In this document: positions 50,843 through 64,000 of the stretch, one piece after another
How the letters are laid out: every line of letters begins with the position of its first letter
Position numbering within the stretch: the first letter of the stretch is position 1
Source of the DNA: Tubiluchus corallicola
Lineage: Eukaryota > Animalia > Priapulida
Direction of reading: 5' to 3'
Assembly (NCBI GenBank): GCA_030141605.1
Contig: JAQGDQ010000885.1
Location: forward strand, 1-64,000
DNA length: 64,000 nt
The notes under the pieces: generated by a model
What the model was told of the DNA's origin: nothing
Database searches by the model: none
Seen by the model: the letters and a program-made list of their open reading frames with translations, nothing else
Translations under genes and position numbers: made by a program

Positions 50843-53344
50843 ATGGAATGCAAACTATTTGAAGTGCTGTTCTTACTTTTTACAATTGCGAGATTCAGCT
50901 TAGGTGAATACATAAAAGGGCGCATCACAGGCGGCAGGGCACCTCGAAAAGCATGCCTCCGTGCAAATTATGACCAGGTCTACGAAATGACAGTTGCGGA
51001 AAAGTTATTTAAGAGAGGAAACAGAATGTATTTGGGTATTAGGGACTATAGGGGTACAAATAAAATAAAATATGGAGTACCTTACCTTACTGACGCAACA
51101 ATAAACGGTATCCGTACTGACCATCAGTTGTTTTGGTCAGGAAATGACAGGTCATGGCAAACAGTAACACAGGGTCCTTTTATAGAGTACACGGCAAATA
51201 CAAAAATTGAGAGTTATCTGTTACAATATAAACGTAATCAACTTCAACAGGAAAAACCAAAGCTTTTATTGAAATTTAAATGCTTAGGATGCTGGGAAAA
51301 TCGGGGCGTTTGGGATACATCGTACTGTGATGCCAGCAAACCTGACCTTTGGATTGAAATTACACTTACCCTTGTAATAGTGCCCGAGGATCAATATCCT
51401 CCTACATTCGACTTCAACTCCGGCAGGATACTATCTCTTGCCGAAGACACTCCAATTGGCTCGCAATTGTGGAAATTTCAAGCCGAAGACTTGGACGGAT
51501 TTTCATACGTAAGGAATTTTATCATATGTATGGGCGAATTTGTGAAATCACCTGGCAAGTTTAACTGCACGGGAGAGGAATATTTTCAAGGTAAAACTAC
51601 AGAAGAGGATGTTAGCTCTTATCAACCAACAAAGAAACTTGACTTTTCTGTTTATCTGAAGAAGAAAGTACACTACGAATTCACGAAAAATCTCAAGTTA
51701 AATCTCTGGTTGATACCCAAGATCAAGTTCAGAAAACCACAAACTGATCCGAATGCTTGGCCATCTTTTAGAGGGCCTAGAAAACTTAGCCTTAATGTTA
51801 GTATAGATAATGCAAATAACGAGAATCCCAAATTTTCTCACTATCTGTATCAGGTCAGATTGGATGAAATGAATTTTGTCGGACCACTGAAATTTGAACC
51901 AGCAAAGATTGAAGCAAAAGACAAAGATGGACTAGGAAATGTTGTGATTTTCTCTTTTCCGTATCCAAGCCAAATAGAAAACAAATTTAAAATAGATGAA
52001 GCAAATGGTGAAATTACGGCTGTTCAACACCTCCCTGCATCAGTTGTTTACCACACTCTTGTTCAAGCAACAGAACGTGATGATGCTACACAATATGACA
52101 GAGCACTCTTATCTGTTGAAGTCAGACAAAATGCCGTAAATTTCAAAAAAAAAAGTTTTTCAGTCGATGTGTTTGAACACGAACCTGATGACACAATGAT
52201 ATTATTAGTGCCTGCTCTTATTGGTAATTCAAAAATGCAAGTCTCCTATACATTAAAGACAAAGCAGGGTGTGGCGGTAAATGACTTTAGTTTAATCGTA
52301 AATAAACTGCAAAATGCAAGTACATCAATCTTAGGTCTGGTTCTAGTTTCAAAGCTAAATGAAGGCATTAAGGATCGCTATGAACTTACTGTAAAGGTTC
52401 ACAATACTGAAACACATTGGCAAGTAGGAACTGTTGATGTTACTGTTGATGTGAGAGAAGCAGCACTGAAAAGTCCCATGTTTGTTCAAAATTCCTACGT
52501 GTTCAACAGTACAGGAGTTGCTGGATCATATATTGGTCAAGTAAAAGCAACGTTTGAAACTCACAATAATGCGCAGATATTATACACAATTTTAAGCTAC
52601 AAAAATATCGCTCGAATTAACCCCGAAGGAAAGATTACACTGAATGTAGACACAACAGGAAAGATGGCGGTTGGCTTAAGTGCTTGCATGGCTGGATCAA
52701 ATAGCAAAAATCCATGTGGTTATGCTGTAGCAATAATTACATCACCGACTGCAGGTAACTCAACATGGACTGATCCACAACTGCTACTGTCAAGCACAGG
52801 AAGTGTTTCTTCTGGACTTGTACTAATGATTCTAGTAATTGTGGTATTGTTTGGTGTAATAGTTGTTCTATTGGTTTTTCTGATCAGACAAAGAAGGTCG
52901 GACATTAGCACTAGTTCTGGTGACGAGACAAAAAAGGATGGTGCAGCAAAAGACGCTTCTGCCAAGGGTGACAAAGCGGAGAAGGATGCTGAAATAGTTG
53001 TTGATGCAATTAATGAAGAAGAAATGGAAGAGCTTGCTGATACTGGTTTTACTTCAAATGAAAAGGTTTTAAAAAGATATGGAAAAGAAGATGGTGTGGA
53101 AACAGAAGATGTGTCACAAAAAAGAAGTGATGCAGAAAAGCATACCGATATTGAAGCTACTACTGTAAAAGCAGATGAAGCAAAAGAGCATGCTGAAACA
53201 AAGAATGATTCAATAAAAAGAAAAAAGGCAGACGTTGAGGTTACTTCAGTAGAGGAAGAAGAGATGGAAGATTATAATTCAGGAAATATTTTGGCAGAAA
53301 CAATTGAGACGGTGTCAGGCGGTCTCATTGGAGGAAAGAATTAG
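50843..53344 (+). CDS. Cadherin-related type I membrane protein, copy B (833 aa)
   Basis: Near-identical paralog of copy A with the same domain layout and a longer acidic cytoplasmic tail. Confidence 0.87.
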   Translation: MECKLFEVLFLLFTIARFSLGEYIKGRITGGRAPRKACLRANYDQVYEMTVAEKLFKRGNRMYLGIRDYRGTNKIKYGVPYLTDATINGIRTDHQLFWSGNDRSWQTVTQGPFIEYTANTKIESYLLQYKRNQLQQEKPKLLLKFKCLGCWENRGVWDTSYCDASKPDLWIEITLTLVIVPEDQYPPTFDFNSGRILSLAEDTPIGSQLWKFQAEDLDGFSYVRNFIICMGEFVKSPGKFNCTGEEYFQGKTTEEDVSSYQPTKKLDFSVYLKKKVHYEFTKNLKLNLWLIPKIKFRKPQTDPNAWPSFRGPRKLSLNVSIDNANNENPKFSHYLYQVRLDEMNFVGPLKFEPAKIEAKDKDGLGNVVIFSFPYPSQIENKFKIDEANGEITAVQHLPASVVYHTLVQATERDDATQYDRALLSVEVRQNAVNFKKKSFSVDVFEHEPDDTMILLVPALIGNSKMQVSYTLKTKQGVAVNDFSLIVNKLQNASTSILGLVLVSKLNEGIKDRYELTVKVHNTETHWQVGTVDVTVDVREAALKSPMFVQNSYVFNSTGVAGSYIGQVKATFETHNNAQILYTILSYKNIARINPEGKITLNVDTTGKMAVGLSACMAGSNSKNPCGYAVAIITSPTAGNSTWTDPQLLLSSTGSVSSGLVLMILVIVVLFGVIVVLLVFLIRQRRSDISTSSGDETKKDGAAKDASAKGDKAEKDAEIVVDAINEEEMEELADTGFTSNEKVLKRYGKEDGVETEDVSQKRSDAEKHTDIEATTVKADEAKEHAETKNDSIKRKKADVEVTSVEEEEMEDYNSGNILAETIETVSGGLIGGKN

Positions 53345-54763
53345 TTGTTATTATAAGTATAATTTAACGGAACAGAAAACACTTTTACTGTCTTTTCTTA
53401 TGTTTACCAGTTTTTTAAACATGCTTTAGTTGCTTTAGATCGCTTTGTTTTCATCAGTTTTTTGAAATCTGCTTTTATTCTTTTTCAGGTATTGTTTTTA
53501 TTTTTAAAAATAAATTTGCTTTGTTTTGCCTAAGTTCTTTTTTGCTGCCCTAAATGTTGTGTAAGTTTTTTAAACATGGTTTAATTGTTTTAGATCGCTT
53601 TGTTTTCATCAGTTTTTTTAAACATGCTTTTATTCCTTTTCATGTATTGTTTTTATTTTTAAAAATAAATTTGCATTGTTTTGCCTAAGTTCTTTTTTGC
53701 TGCACTAGATGTTGTGTAAGTTACATTCAGTGAAATTTAGCAGACCTCTCACTTTTGACTAAAGTGTGAGAAATAGACATCCATCACATCGTACCCAAAT
53801 GTTTTAGCAACGAAAGAAAAGTTTTCTGCTTACTGATGTGATCTAATAGGAAACTGCATGAAATGAATTAACGTTACACACTATTGCGGGCGCCAGGGGG
53901 TGTGCAGGTTTGTGAAGACTGCCGAGAAGTCAACCTACAGGCGCTGCATACCTACAAAGAACTACACAAAAAGAGTCACAAGAATGTTAGAAAATTCAGC
54001 CCCGGTGACAAGGGACACCGACAAAGATGACCTAAATTTCATGAACACTACGTTTATACTGGCTTTGCGCATGCGCATAGCTAGACAACACGTGAAAAAT
54101 TTAAAGAAGCCCGTAACACAGCCCTCTTCTTAGTCGCTACTTGTCAAGAAATGGTATTCTATCTTCCAAAGGAGGTAGCAAAACGATGATGTAGTCCCTG
54201 AATTCAACTTTTTCTGTTGGTTCGAGAAATACGAAAACTGCCTTTTCTTTACTAGAAAACAGCATTTACTAGAAAAGCCACAAAAAGTACAGCAGCTTTA
54301 TATGAAACATTGTTGTACCATGTAGGTTAGAGTGTTCCAGTACGCGCCGCCGTCGACAGTGACAGTGACGAGGTTAAGCTAGCTAGCCAACGTGTGCAGA
54401 GAAACTCACGATAAGTACTGTTTATGGTGTTTTGTGATACGTTCAAAATCCCGGGTAAAGTTTAAGACAGTAGCTAAACTATAATTTGTGGTATATATTT
54501 GTTTATTAATTCTCAAATGTGTTTTTCTTATGTTAAATAATATTGAGTTTGTAGCTAATTGGTCGTTTGTCTATCTGTTCTGATAATGTTAGATTCTCAC
54601 GTTAAGTAAGCTCGCCAGGGACCCACAGCCTTAGATCAAATAAAGCTTGCTGTTTCTTTAAGTGTTTATGGTGTGTTAGCACCAGTGTTGTAGTGATAAT
54701 CTTGCCATCCTGACATAAACACATTTACAGCATTTTAGGCCAAACGGATTATCACACTCGACA

Positions 54764-55019
54764 CCGCGCACGATACATAAGGCGTGCGGGGCCTCCAGCT
54801 CGAGAATTCAGTCTCAGATTGAGTCTGGGAGCGGGAGCGTACTGACTGTAAGATCAGGGGCCTTTGGCATTGCTATTTATAATTATTGTGTTGATGTTTA
54901 ATAAACGTGTCATTTAATAATCAAACTCTTCATAGCTTTGCCATTCCTCACGAATCAATAAGCAGCTACACACAACCAATACAACGCACTATCCACTATA
55001 CAACCAAATTAATTTTACT
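54764..55019 (+). mobile_element. 3' part of a family-B LTR-like element
   Basis: Shares about 95 bp with 33775-33870; contains AATAAA; ends TTTACT. Confidence 0.65.
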
Positions 55020-58000
55020 GAAACCATAAACTTCTGTTTTTCACGTACACATCCATTTCACTTGTTTCACTACAATCACAACTATGACTCTGTTTGAGTT
55101 GCAAACGCTTCCTCGTCGATTCTTTTTGCTGTTCAACGTCCGCCAGTTTTTTTATCTTTCGTTTCCTGTATTTCGCTCATGAAGACGTCGATTCTTGTAG
55201 TTCATCTGCAATTATTAGACTAATGCCATTGCATATGTAAGAAACTTTTTCATTAAACGATAGATCAACACTTCCATTGGTCTGCAGCTCTGCGCATATA
55301 ATAGAAACTACGTGCAAAAAGCAGAGAGACGCGTCAGTAATGTCTCAGTGAACTGACTTAATCTTAGGAAATCAGATAAAGTAAAAGTACAAAGTGTTTT
55401 GCTGGCCGAATACACGCCTCGATGAATCAAGAAAAATAACGCAAGTAGTTCGTTTCGTTTAATTTAAGTATTGTGCACATAAGGAATTACGTGTAGGCAT
55501 ACATTATGAATTATTATTACTTATGCTAGACCTAAAAATTAAAAAATAATTATTTTCAGGAATGGGCGCCCTAGGTAACTGCCTAGTGGTAGAGCTTGCA
55601 ACGGTTTGGCAACTTCTCTCGCAACTTGTGAACGGCTTGGCAACTTACCTCAGAGAGAAGTTGCGCAACAAGTTGTGAGAGAAGTCTTTACGTCTGACCG
55701 CGCCATAACGTGACAAGGTGTAGGGCCCTCTACACGCCCAGTTTCCACGTCAGCAGCGACTCACCCCTTTCTTGTACGTCCAGACGTCTTGTTTGGGTCT
55801 ACGCGTGGTGTGAGAAGCCAGCTGGCCTGAAATGCCACTATAAAAGCATGTAGAGGTCACTGCAGCCTGGATTTCTGACACAGATGCTCCTCGGATGTAG
55901 TGCTGTTACTGAGTTAGTTAGTTTTTTTTGCAAGTGTATTTCGGTTCCTTATTTTTATTAGTGCTGATAATAAACTCCGTATGGTGTAGTTTTTGTGCAT
56001 TTTATTTTATGAGAGTTAGATGACATGCTATAACAGGTATAAGGTACTAGTTTACAGACATTGATTTAGTTAATTAACATAACATTTGTAATTAAAATTG
56101 ACGTTTGTAGTTAAGTAATCAGTTACACAACGATAGTAAAATGGATCTTCATGATGCGCAATATCAAGACCGCCATGCCATCTTGGAGTTCGACCCCCTG
56201 AGTCGAATTCAGTCCAATATAATGTATTAAAATGTTGCAAAAAACAATATCAAAGTAAACAAATTTGATGTAGGAAAACTCGCTTTAAATTCATAATTGT
56301 TGAAAATTCATATAAGTGATTAATAAAATGGACATACAGAAAGAACGTGATGCTCAAAGTCACACATCAGAATCCAAATAAACATTTGAGCAAAACGAGA
56401 GTAAATATGAGCATCAGCTTAAGCATCTTGTTTCATGCAGTAATTCTGCCTTAACAAATATAAATTCTTATTCACAACTATCTTACCATCAACATGTGAC
56501 TTTCACTCTCCTCCTCTTCCAACTCCCACCTAAAATTGTCAACAGAAATGTCAAAAAATAATAATAACAAGCATTTGATCTAAACAAAAATAAAAATGAA
56601 TTAATTCATACGACAGAAATACATACTGAATTAAAATAATACAAAACAAAGAAAAAAGTAAATTTTCCTATCTTGAAATAAACTTATTGCAATTTTTTTA
56701 AATAAGCTAGCTATCTTTTGTTTGTCAATAAAAATATTCTTTAAGAACTACCACTATTTCACAATTTATTACAAATCAAATAAGCACATGTTTCAACATA
56801 ACCATAGTGAAAAAACGATTTTTACTAAATGTTATTAAAGTTTGAAGGCCCCAAGCTTGAGAGACCCTAAACTGTAGATTATACTAGCCTATTGGACCCT
56901 GATTCCACTGAACACTTCTTATGCAGCTCTTTCACTGAAACTATATACAAGCATTGCTGCAACACAGCATTACTTATGAATCTATGCAATTTCCAAAATG
57001 CAGACAAAACCTGTTCGGTAGATGGGTTAGTGACAGGTAACGAATTCACTAAATTCTTGGCAAGTCTTTCACATGTTTGTTATGCAACTGCACGATTACA
57101 ATAACTTAAAGTACAACGTCTTAGCATCAATTGTAGTATGACTTTGAAGATTTTAGTATGAAATCTCGCACTGTATCTGTACGGTAGTTCTGCAGTCATT
57201 CTGAAGAAACAACTTATGCAAACACGTAAAACAAAAAGTAAGAAAAGTTATAATTTACCTATGCTGAGACTCGGTGTCTGTAAGCAATCCATATACAGTA
57301 TCTGCTTGACGCACTAATGATTTTTCATCAGCTTTAGCATCAAATGTATAGTGTGGTCTACCAACTGGAATGCAAAGTAACAGGAAAACATTTTAAAGCA
57401 AAACGACAAATACTTTTTTTAAACAGAAGTTATATGAGCAGCCTTGGTAGCTCAATCGGCTGTCTTTGTCACCATAAAATCTTCAAAAAATGCTGTAGAG
57501 ACGAACATGGACAAAAGGGAGGAACAACGATCTTTAAAGTGCGTTTAGAAAATTTGCAAAATAAACATATTTTAGTTAGAAAGACTCTTAATGATTTCAC
57601 AGCATGGATTACAAAAAAACAAGCTGCTTAATTCTAATGCTTTCTAATGCTTTCTAATGCTTCTCACGTCTATGAGTCATAGTGTATCAATAGCTTAGAA
57701 AAATACTGATAATTAAAATAAGCCTATAAATCTAGCAGCCAACGGCTAGAGGGCGGAGGAGGTCAAGTGACCCAACGGCCATGTGTAGAGGAGTAAACCT
57801 TCCAAATCAGGATTGGAGCCCCGAAGGCGGACCAGTGCAGCAAGCTCACTGACTCTGGCAGCTCCTGCAGCCAACCTGGTGCCAAATGTATCGCTCCGCT
57901 TTCCTTTGGACTACACCAGGGAGGAAGAGAGGGGGTTCCTGCTGTCTGGGCAACTCGGGTCTCCATACACCTTGCCCAGGCATGCGCCCTGGAGACTCTA

Positions 58001-58276
58001 TTGGCGCACAATCCATTGTCTTTCGAGACAGAAGGATGCCAACAATATTTCTTAAAATTTTAACTAGCCAAACCACATAAAAGAATTTTGCACATAAGCC
58101 CGCAATGACCATCCACACCACATCACCCCCCCCTCCAGCAGGGCCAGCTCTACTACTGGCACTAGGCAAACCAGTAGTTGCCTAGGACGCCAAGTTTTGA
58201 GGGCGCTAGATTTTGGAAGTAATTTTTCAATTTTTAAGCTTAGCTTTAGCATAAGTAATAACATAGTGTATGTGTA

Positions 58277-58280
<4 letters not shown>

Positions 58281-58318
<38 letters not shown>

Positions 58319-58560
58319 CTATATTTAAAGTCGGCTTTGGGTCAACAATTAACATTAGCTCAAAGAGCTATTATCGCCGACTGTAGATAACAACCTACAA
58401 CTACAAACCAGAGACTATTATTACCCAACTCTTACTCTAAATACCAAACGTCAGGCAGGACAACAGCAGGTACCATTTTTGGTATGACCCGGCCGCTTGT
58501 TCGAACTCACGACCTCCCACACGGAAAGCAGACGCATTACCACTAGGCTAAACCATCTGG
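58281..58560 (-). mobile_element. tRNA-derived SINE with a LINE-like 3' end and (TTA)n tail
   Basis: Minus strand has A box tagcctagtgg, B box gagttcgaac, then ccgggtcataccaaaaatggtacc body, a 3' stem-loop and (tta)n. Confidence 0.65.
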
Positions 58561-59277
58561 TCGAACTGCTTAACTGCACAACACTATGTTGACTTAATGA
58601 AATGAACTGCTTGCATTATTTTCCTCTCACAATACATGACTCATCGACACAAACATGGAACTGGCTTCTCTCAGCAAAACACTATCTATCTTTGCTTTAC
58701 CTGGTTTCCCAAGATTACAACATTGTAAACAGATATAAGTGAAACGTTCATTTAAAAAGCGTTTCTAGCAAGAGCATTTATAAATCTAACTGTGGTGGAG
58801 AAACCTCTACGAATCGAAGTCTAATGAAGTCTAAGATTCACTAATGAATCCAAACTTCTTGCATCCAAACAGAAGTTATAGTTGTGACGATTTTGAAAGT
58901 AGTGAAATGCTTGTATGTGGAAAAGGGGATAAAATTTTCTGATGAAAAGTCTTAGTAAAAATCTAGCCAAGTGTGTACAGGTTAAGAGTATGCAGCGTTT
59001 TTGTTGCTCCTAAAGACTCTGGACATACAACAATGCAGTAATAAATTCACTTCAAATGAAATCAACACAAGCTGTAGAGAGGTAATTAGCTACACTTAAT
59101 TAGTCCCGATAATACATGTGTAAGCCTAATACACAGGTAGCATTATACTTCATTATATACAATAGAAGTTCAGTTTTGTGGATGGGCCACAGGGGGCCAC
59201 AGGAAAGGGGTTGGCAGTTGAGAAAGAGCGTTAAAAATACTTTTGTCTAGGACGTCAAACTACCTAGTGTCGGCCCT

Positions 59278-59530
59278 GTCCACCACACCACACCTGTCAC
59301 ACCACTCACATGACACCATACCATTCACACCGCACCATGTTACTGTCACTGCTCTCGATGGTGAAAACAATGGTGACAATGATGACCACAGTAGCAGCAA
59401 GAAGAACAACAAAAACAACAGCTTACGGAAAACTTGTAAAAACATTTTGTGCATAGACAAATGCTCTCATACCTGTGCACTAATGATCACTAATGTACAA
59501 AAATCCTACACAGTCTTTGTAAACTACTCC
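59278..59530. repeat. Diverged inverted copy of the CA/GT-rich element in the cadherin 5' intron (34720-35110)
   Basis: Shares acaattttgt/caaatgct/tgatcaataatg/ctacaca blocks with the reverse complement of 34720-35000. Confidence 0.5.
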
Positions 59531-60080
59531 TTTAATGATGGTAATGATGGTAATAGGCTAGCAGGTACCACTTACAAATTTTAACAGCCAGCAGCAGCTT
59601 AATAAAATGAGCTAAATACAAGCATTGTACAATACAGTGTCACAGATAGTGCTTTGCGTCAGCTGTTTTCTAAGCAAGAGCAAAATGGAATCTGCATGAA
59701 ACCTGTAGCAGTTCCTCCTGATGGAAACATGCCAAAAAGAGACCCACATCAACATGTAGTGCTGCTCCTCCTCTTTCAGAACAGTCATAAATATCCTTCC
59801 AAAATCCCTAGGAAGTGCTGCACAAATATTAATTTCTACATGGCATTTGGTAAAAATTTAAACAAAGTCGGTAGGGTGGGTCAGGAAAAACACCAAATAT
59901 GGGTTTGCCAGGAAAGTAAACTAAGCCTGCTACAATCTATGCTGAATGCTCTTTCCAATGACACATAACACCCAAGTCTGGCAGTCACTTTAAAAGTTTG
60001 AGAAAAAAACAATGGGAAACTGTGGAAACAATGGCGACATTTTTGGAGTTTTTTTGTACCACGGTTCCTCCATACGTCCC

Positions 60081-60886
60081 AAAACCTCATCTATGTTAGT
60101 TTCAGTAAAACCTCATCTATGTTATTTTCAGTAAAGCATCATCTATGTTATTTACAGTAAAACCTCATCTATGTTATTTTCACTAAAACATCAACTATGT
60201 TATTTTCAGTAAAGCATCATCTATGTATATATTTTCAGTAAAACCTCATCTGAGTTATTTTCATTAAAACCTCATCCATGTTATTTTCAGTAAAACATCA
60301 TTTATATTATTTTCAGTAAAACATCATCTATGTTAGTTTCAGTAAAACCTCATCTATGTTAGTTTCAGTAAAACCTCATCTATGTTATTTTCAGTAAAGC
60401 ATCATCTATGTTATTTACAGTAAAACCTCATCTATGTTATTTTCACTAAAACATCAACTATGTTATTTTCAGTAAAGCATCATCTATGTATATATTTTCA
60501 GTAAAACCTCATCTGAGTTATTTTCATTAAAACCTCATCCATGTTATTTTCAGTAAAACATCATTTATATTATTTTCAGTAAAACATCATCTATGTTAGT
60601 TTCAGTAAAACCTCATCTATGTTAGTTTCAGTAAAACCTCATCTATGTTATTTTCAGTAAAGCATCATCTATGTTATTTACAGTAAAACCTCATCTATGT
60701 TATTTTCACTAAAACATCAACTATGTTATTTTCAGTAAAGCATCATCTATGTATATATTTTCAGTAAAACCTCAGCTGAGTTATTTTCATTAAAACCTCA
60801 TCTATGTTATTTTCACTAAAACCTCATCTATATTATTTTCAGTAAAACCGCATCTACGTTATTTTCAGTAAAACATCATCTATGTT
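60081..60886. repeat. 26-bp satellite, about 31 copies, with a 263-bp higher-order repeat
   Basis: Same unit; the variant ctatgtatatattttcag recurs at 60221, 60484 and 60747. Confidence 0.95.
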
Positions 60887-61419
60887 TAGTGAATACTTGC
60901 ATAATTTATAAAATTTTTTAGCATGCACTGGATATACATTTTCGCAAAAAAAATGCGATAGATTAACTGTGTGAATGGTGGTAAGTTTTCAAATTTTTCA
61001 TAGCGTAACATATGTAAGGTTGGGAAGTTATTAAAAGTAGAAACTCAGTACAATGACAGTCGCCTATTGTCTTCAAGACTTGCGTTTGCGTTTCCAAGAC
61101 TACGCGATGTTTGGAAGGCTTTGCGCAAAGCAGCGTCATTCTTGTTTATACTTTCAGCGTGTAAACTTGAACGTGAATCGACGAAAGAGATCTGCAATTT
61201 TTATTATCACTATTTTATTTTATTTTATTTTATTGTTCATATATACTTGTGTGTGTGTTTTTCTTTCTTTTTTGTTTTTGCAGATTTCTTTTGCACTGCC
61301 TGCCGCTAAGGTGAGTGATATTTTAATTACCAGACGCTTTATGAACTATTGATTTATTTTAAAGATTGGGAAGATTGAACACAGTTGTAGGTAGGCAGTA
61401 TTATGAGTCATTTTCAAAA

Positions 61420-62290
<871 letters not shown>

Positions 62291-62546
62291 ATGGATTGTA
62301 CTTGCAAATTATATCTGTGAGCTTATTATAATCTAGGAAGCAGTAAGCAAAATTGTGTAGAATGTCCGTGCATTATTGATCAAGGGTGGATGGGTGTAAC
62401 AGCATTTTCTATAGCACACAGTATAGACTTTGTACAAAATTGTCTTGCATGGTTTTACTATGATGCAGTGCTGTTGGCGTTGGTGCTGTAGGTTGTCATT
62501 ATTGATGTCGACATCATCATCATAGTCATCAACATCATCATCACCA

Positions 62547-62706
62547 CGAAAAGACGATCTCGTGTTTGAGTCATTGGTACATCTGTGTTCCTTTCAACTC
62601 CTTCTGGTAAATTTCACACTCTCTGCTCCTTGCCTCGTGCTTCCCCTTACAATTTGCACAAACAGTCTCTTCTGCCGTGCATTCATTAGTTCTATGTTTC
62701 GCGTTA
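62547..62706 (-). mobile_element. Fragment of a second LINE family: ORF1 C-terminal knuckle and ORF1/ORF2 junction
   Basis: HRTNEC..VCANCKGKHEARSRECEIYQKELK..MYQ* aligns to ORF1 HKTSEC..KCYNCKSEHEANSKNC; abuts a GA tract. Confidence 0.75.
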
Positions 62707-62809
62707 GAGAGAAAGAGAGAGAGAGAGTGAGCAAGAAAGCGAGAGAGAGAGAGAGAGAGCAAGAAAGCGAGAGAGAGAGAGAGCGCAAGAGTAAGAGAGA
62801 GAGAGAGTA

Positions 62810-62883
<74 letters not shown>

Positions 62884-63872
62884 GGAGAGAGAGAGAGGGG
62901 GGAGAAAGAGAGAGAGCATATAAGATTCGAGGCTACAGCGCCGACGACGGCAGCATGTGCGGTGATCTATACATCAATCGAAAGATCTCGGTATAGTGTC
63001 GCGCCATTGGGGGTTTATTTTGCGAATCGGGCCCACCGAGATAAAGCACACCCTCGGGCACCCCTGTGCTGCCATTTGAAACATCCGTTGTCTTTGAGTT
63101 TAAGAAATTTCACGGCTGTTCTAGGCATTGTTCTCATCCGCTGTTCTATACTGTGTCATAGATTGTACTTGCAAACTATATCTGTAAGCTTATTATAATC
63201 TAGGAAGCAGTAAGCAAAATTGTGTAGAATGTCCGTGCATTATTGATCAAGGGTGGATGGGTGTAACAGCATTTGCTATAGCACACAGTATCGACTTTGC
63301 ACAAAATTGTCTTGCATGGTTTTACTATGATGCAGTGCTGTTGGCGTTGGTGCTGTAGGTTGTCATTATTGATGTCGACATCATCATCATAGTCATCAAC
63401 GTCATCATCACCATGTGATGTGGTGGGTGTCCTGTGAATGGTGTGCAGTGGGTATTGTGCTGTGGATGATGTGGTGGGGTGGTAAGGTATGTGAGGTATT
63501 GGCGGAGCGGTGTGTGTAGAGTGGTGTGGTGTTGATGGTGTGGTGTGCATTGTAGTGTAGTGTGGGTGGCGTGTTGTGAGTGGTGCAGTGGGTTATTAAC
63601 AATCAAAAATGTCAGGCCACGCATCCATTTGTAGGGTTGTCGTTGTTACTTTTTTCAGAATGCTTTCAGACTAAAAGAAAAATGTAATTTTAAATTACAG
63701 AATTTCAACAGTGCCGTCACAATGATAGTCGTGGAAACAATAAAGCAAAAATGACAAATTCGAATGGAATAGAATTTCGAATGGAATTAACAAAGTGAGT
63801 TTTGGAGAAGAAATGTGTCAATGAATATGCTGCAGTTAGCAATGAGGGAGCAACATTTCTTGATAGAGTGAC

Positions 63873-64000
63873 ATGGAATGCAAACTATTTGAAGTGCTGT
63901 TCTTACTTTTTACAATTGCGAGATTCAGCTTAGGTGAATACTGGATAAAAGGGCGCATCACAGGCGGCATTGCACCTCAAAAAGCATGCCACCGTGCACA
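63873..64000 (+). CDS. Cadherin-related protein, copy C (5' end; runs off the window)
   Basis: MECKLFEVLFLLFTIARFSLGEYWIKGRITGGIAPQKACHRA..., preceded by the same upstream sequence as copies A and B. Confidence 0.8.
   Translation, partial: MECKLFEVLFLLFTIARFSLGEYWIKGRITGGIAPQKACHRA

Noticed and set aside
56930-57070. Minus-strand LPVTNPSTEQVLS resembles a hAT dimerisation motif
   Set aside because: Short, bounded by stops, and too weak to call.
57763-58210. GC-rich island with overlapping short ORFs and a MITE-like end (cagggccagctctac)
   Set aside because: No identifiable product; the related end at about 55563-55597 faces the wrong way to form one element.

Overview
AT-rich animal (probably invertebrate) genomic DNA with three layers. 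(1) 4007-29566, minus strand: a complete 32-exon thioester-containing protein gene (CD109/TEP-like, alpha-2-macroglobulin family, about 1475 aa). It has a signal peptide, an RKKR processing site, the GCGEQ thioester and the catalytic His, but no GPI, TM or C345C tail in my model. (2) From about 33.9 kb: a tandem segmental triplication of a cadherin-related type I membrane receptor gene with a single coding exon (35398-37713, 50843-53344, and a third copy starting at 63873). The copies differ almost only by amino-acid-changing substitutions in an N-terminal non-cadherin domain. (3) Dense mobile DNA and repeats. A near-intact two-ORF LINE with a TAATG stop-start overlap sits in, and ends in, a (GA/TC)n microsatellite. 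A related decayed LINE has its RT deletion junction amplified into a 69-bp minisatellite. There are also two solo-LTR families, Gypsy and RTE remnants, a tRNA-SINE, hAT and Tc1/mariner MITEs, a telomere-like array and 26-bp satellites. All coordinates and comparisons were read by eye; no searches were run.
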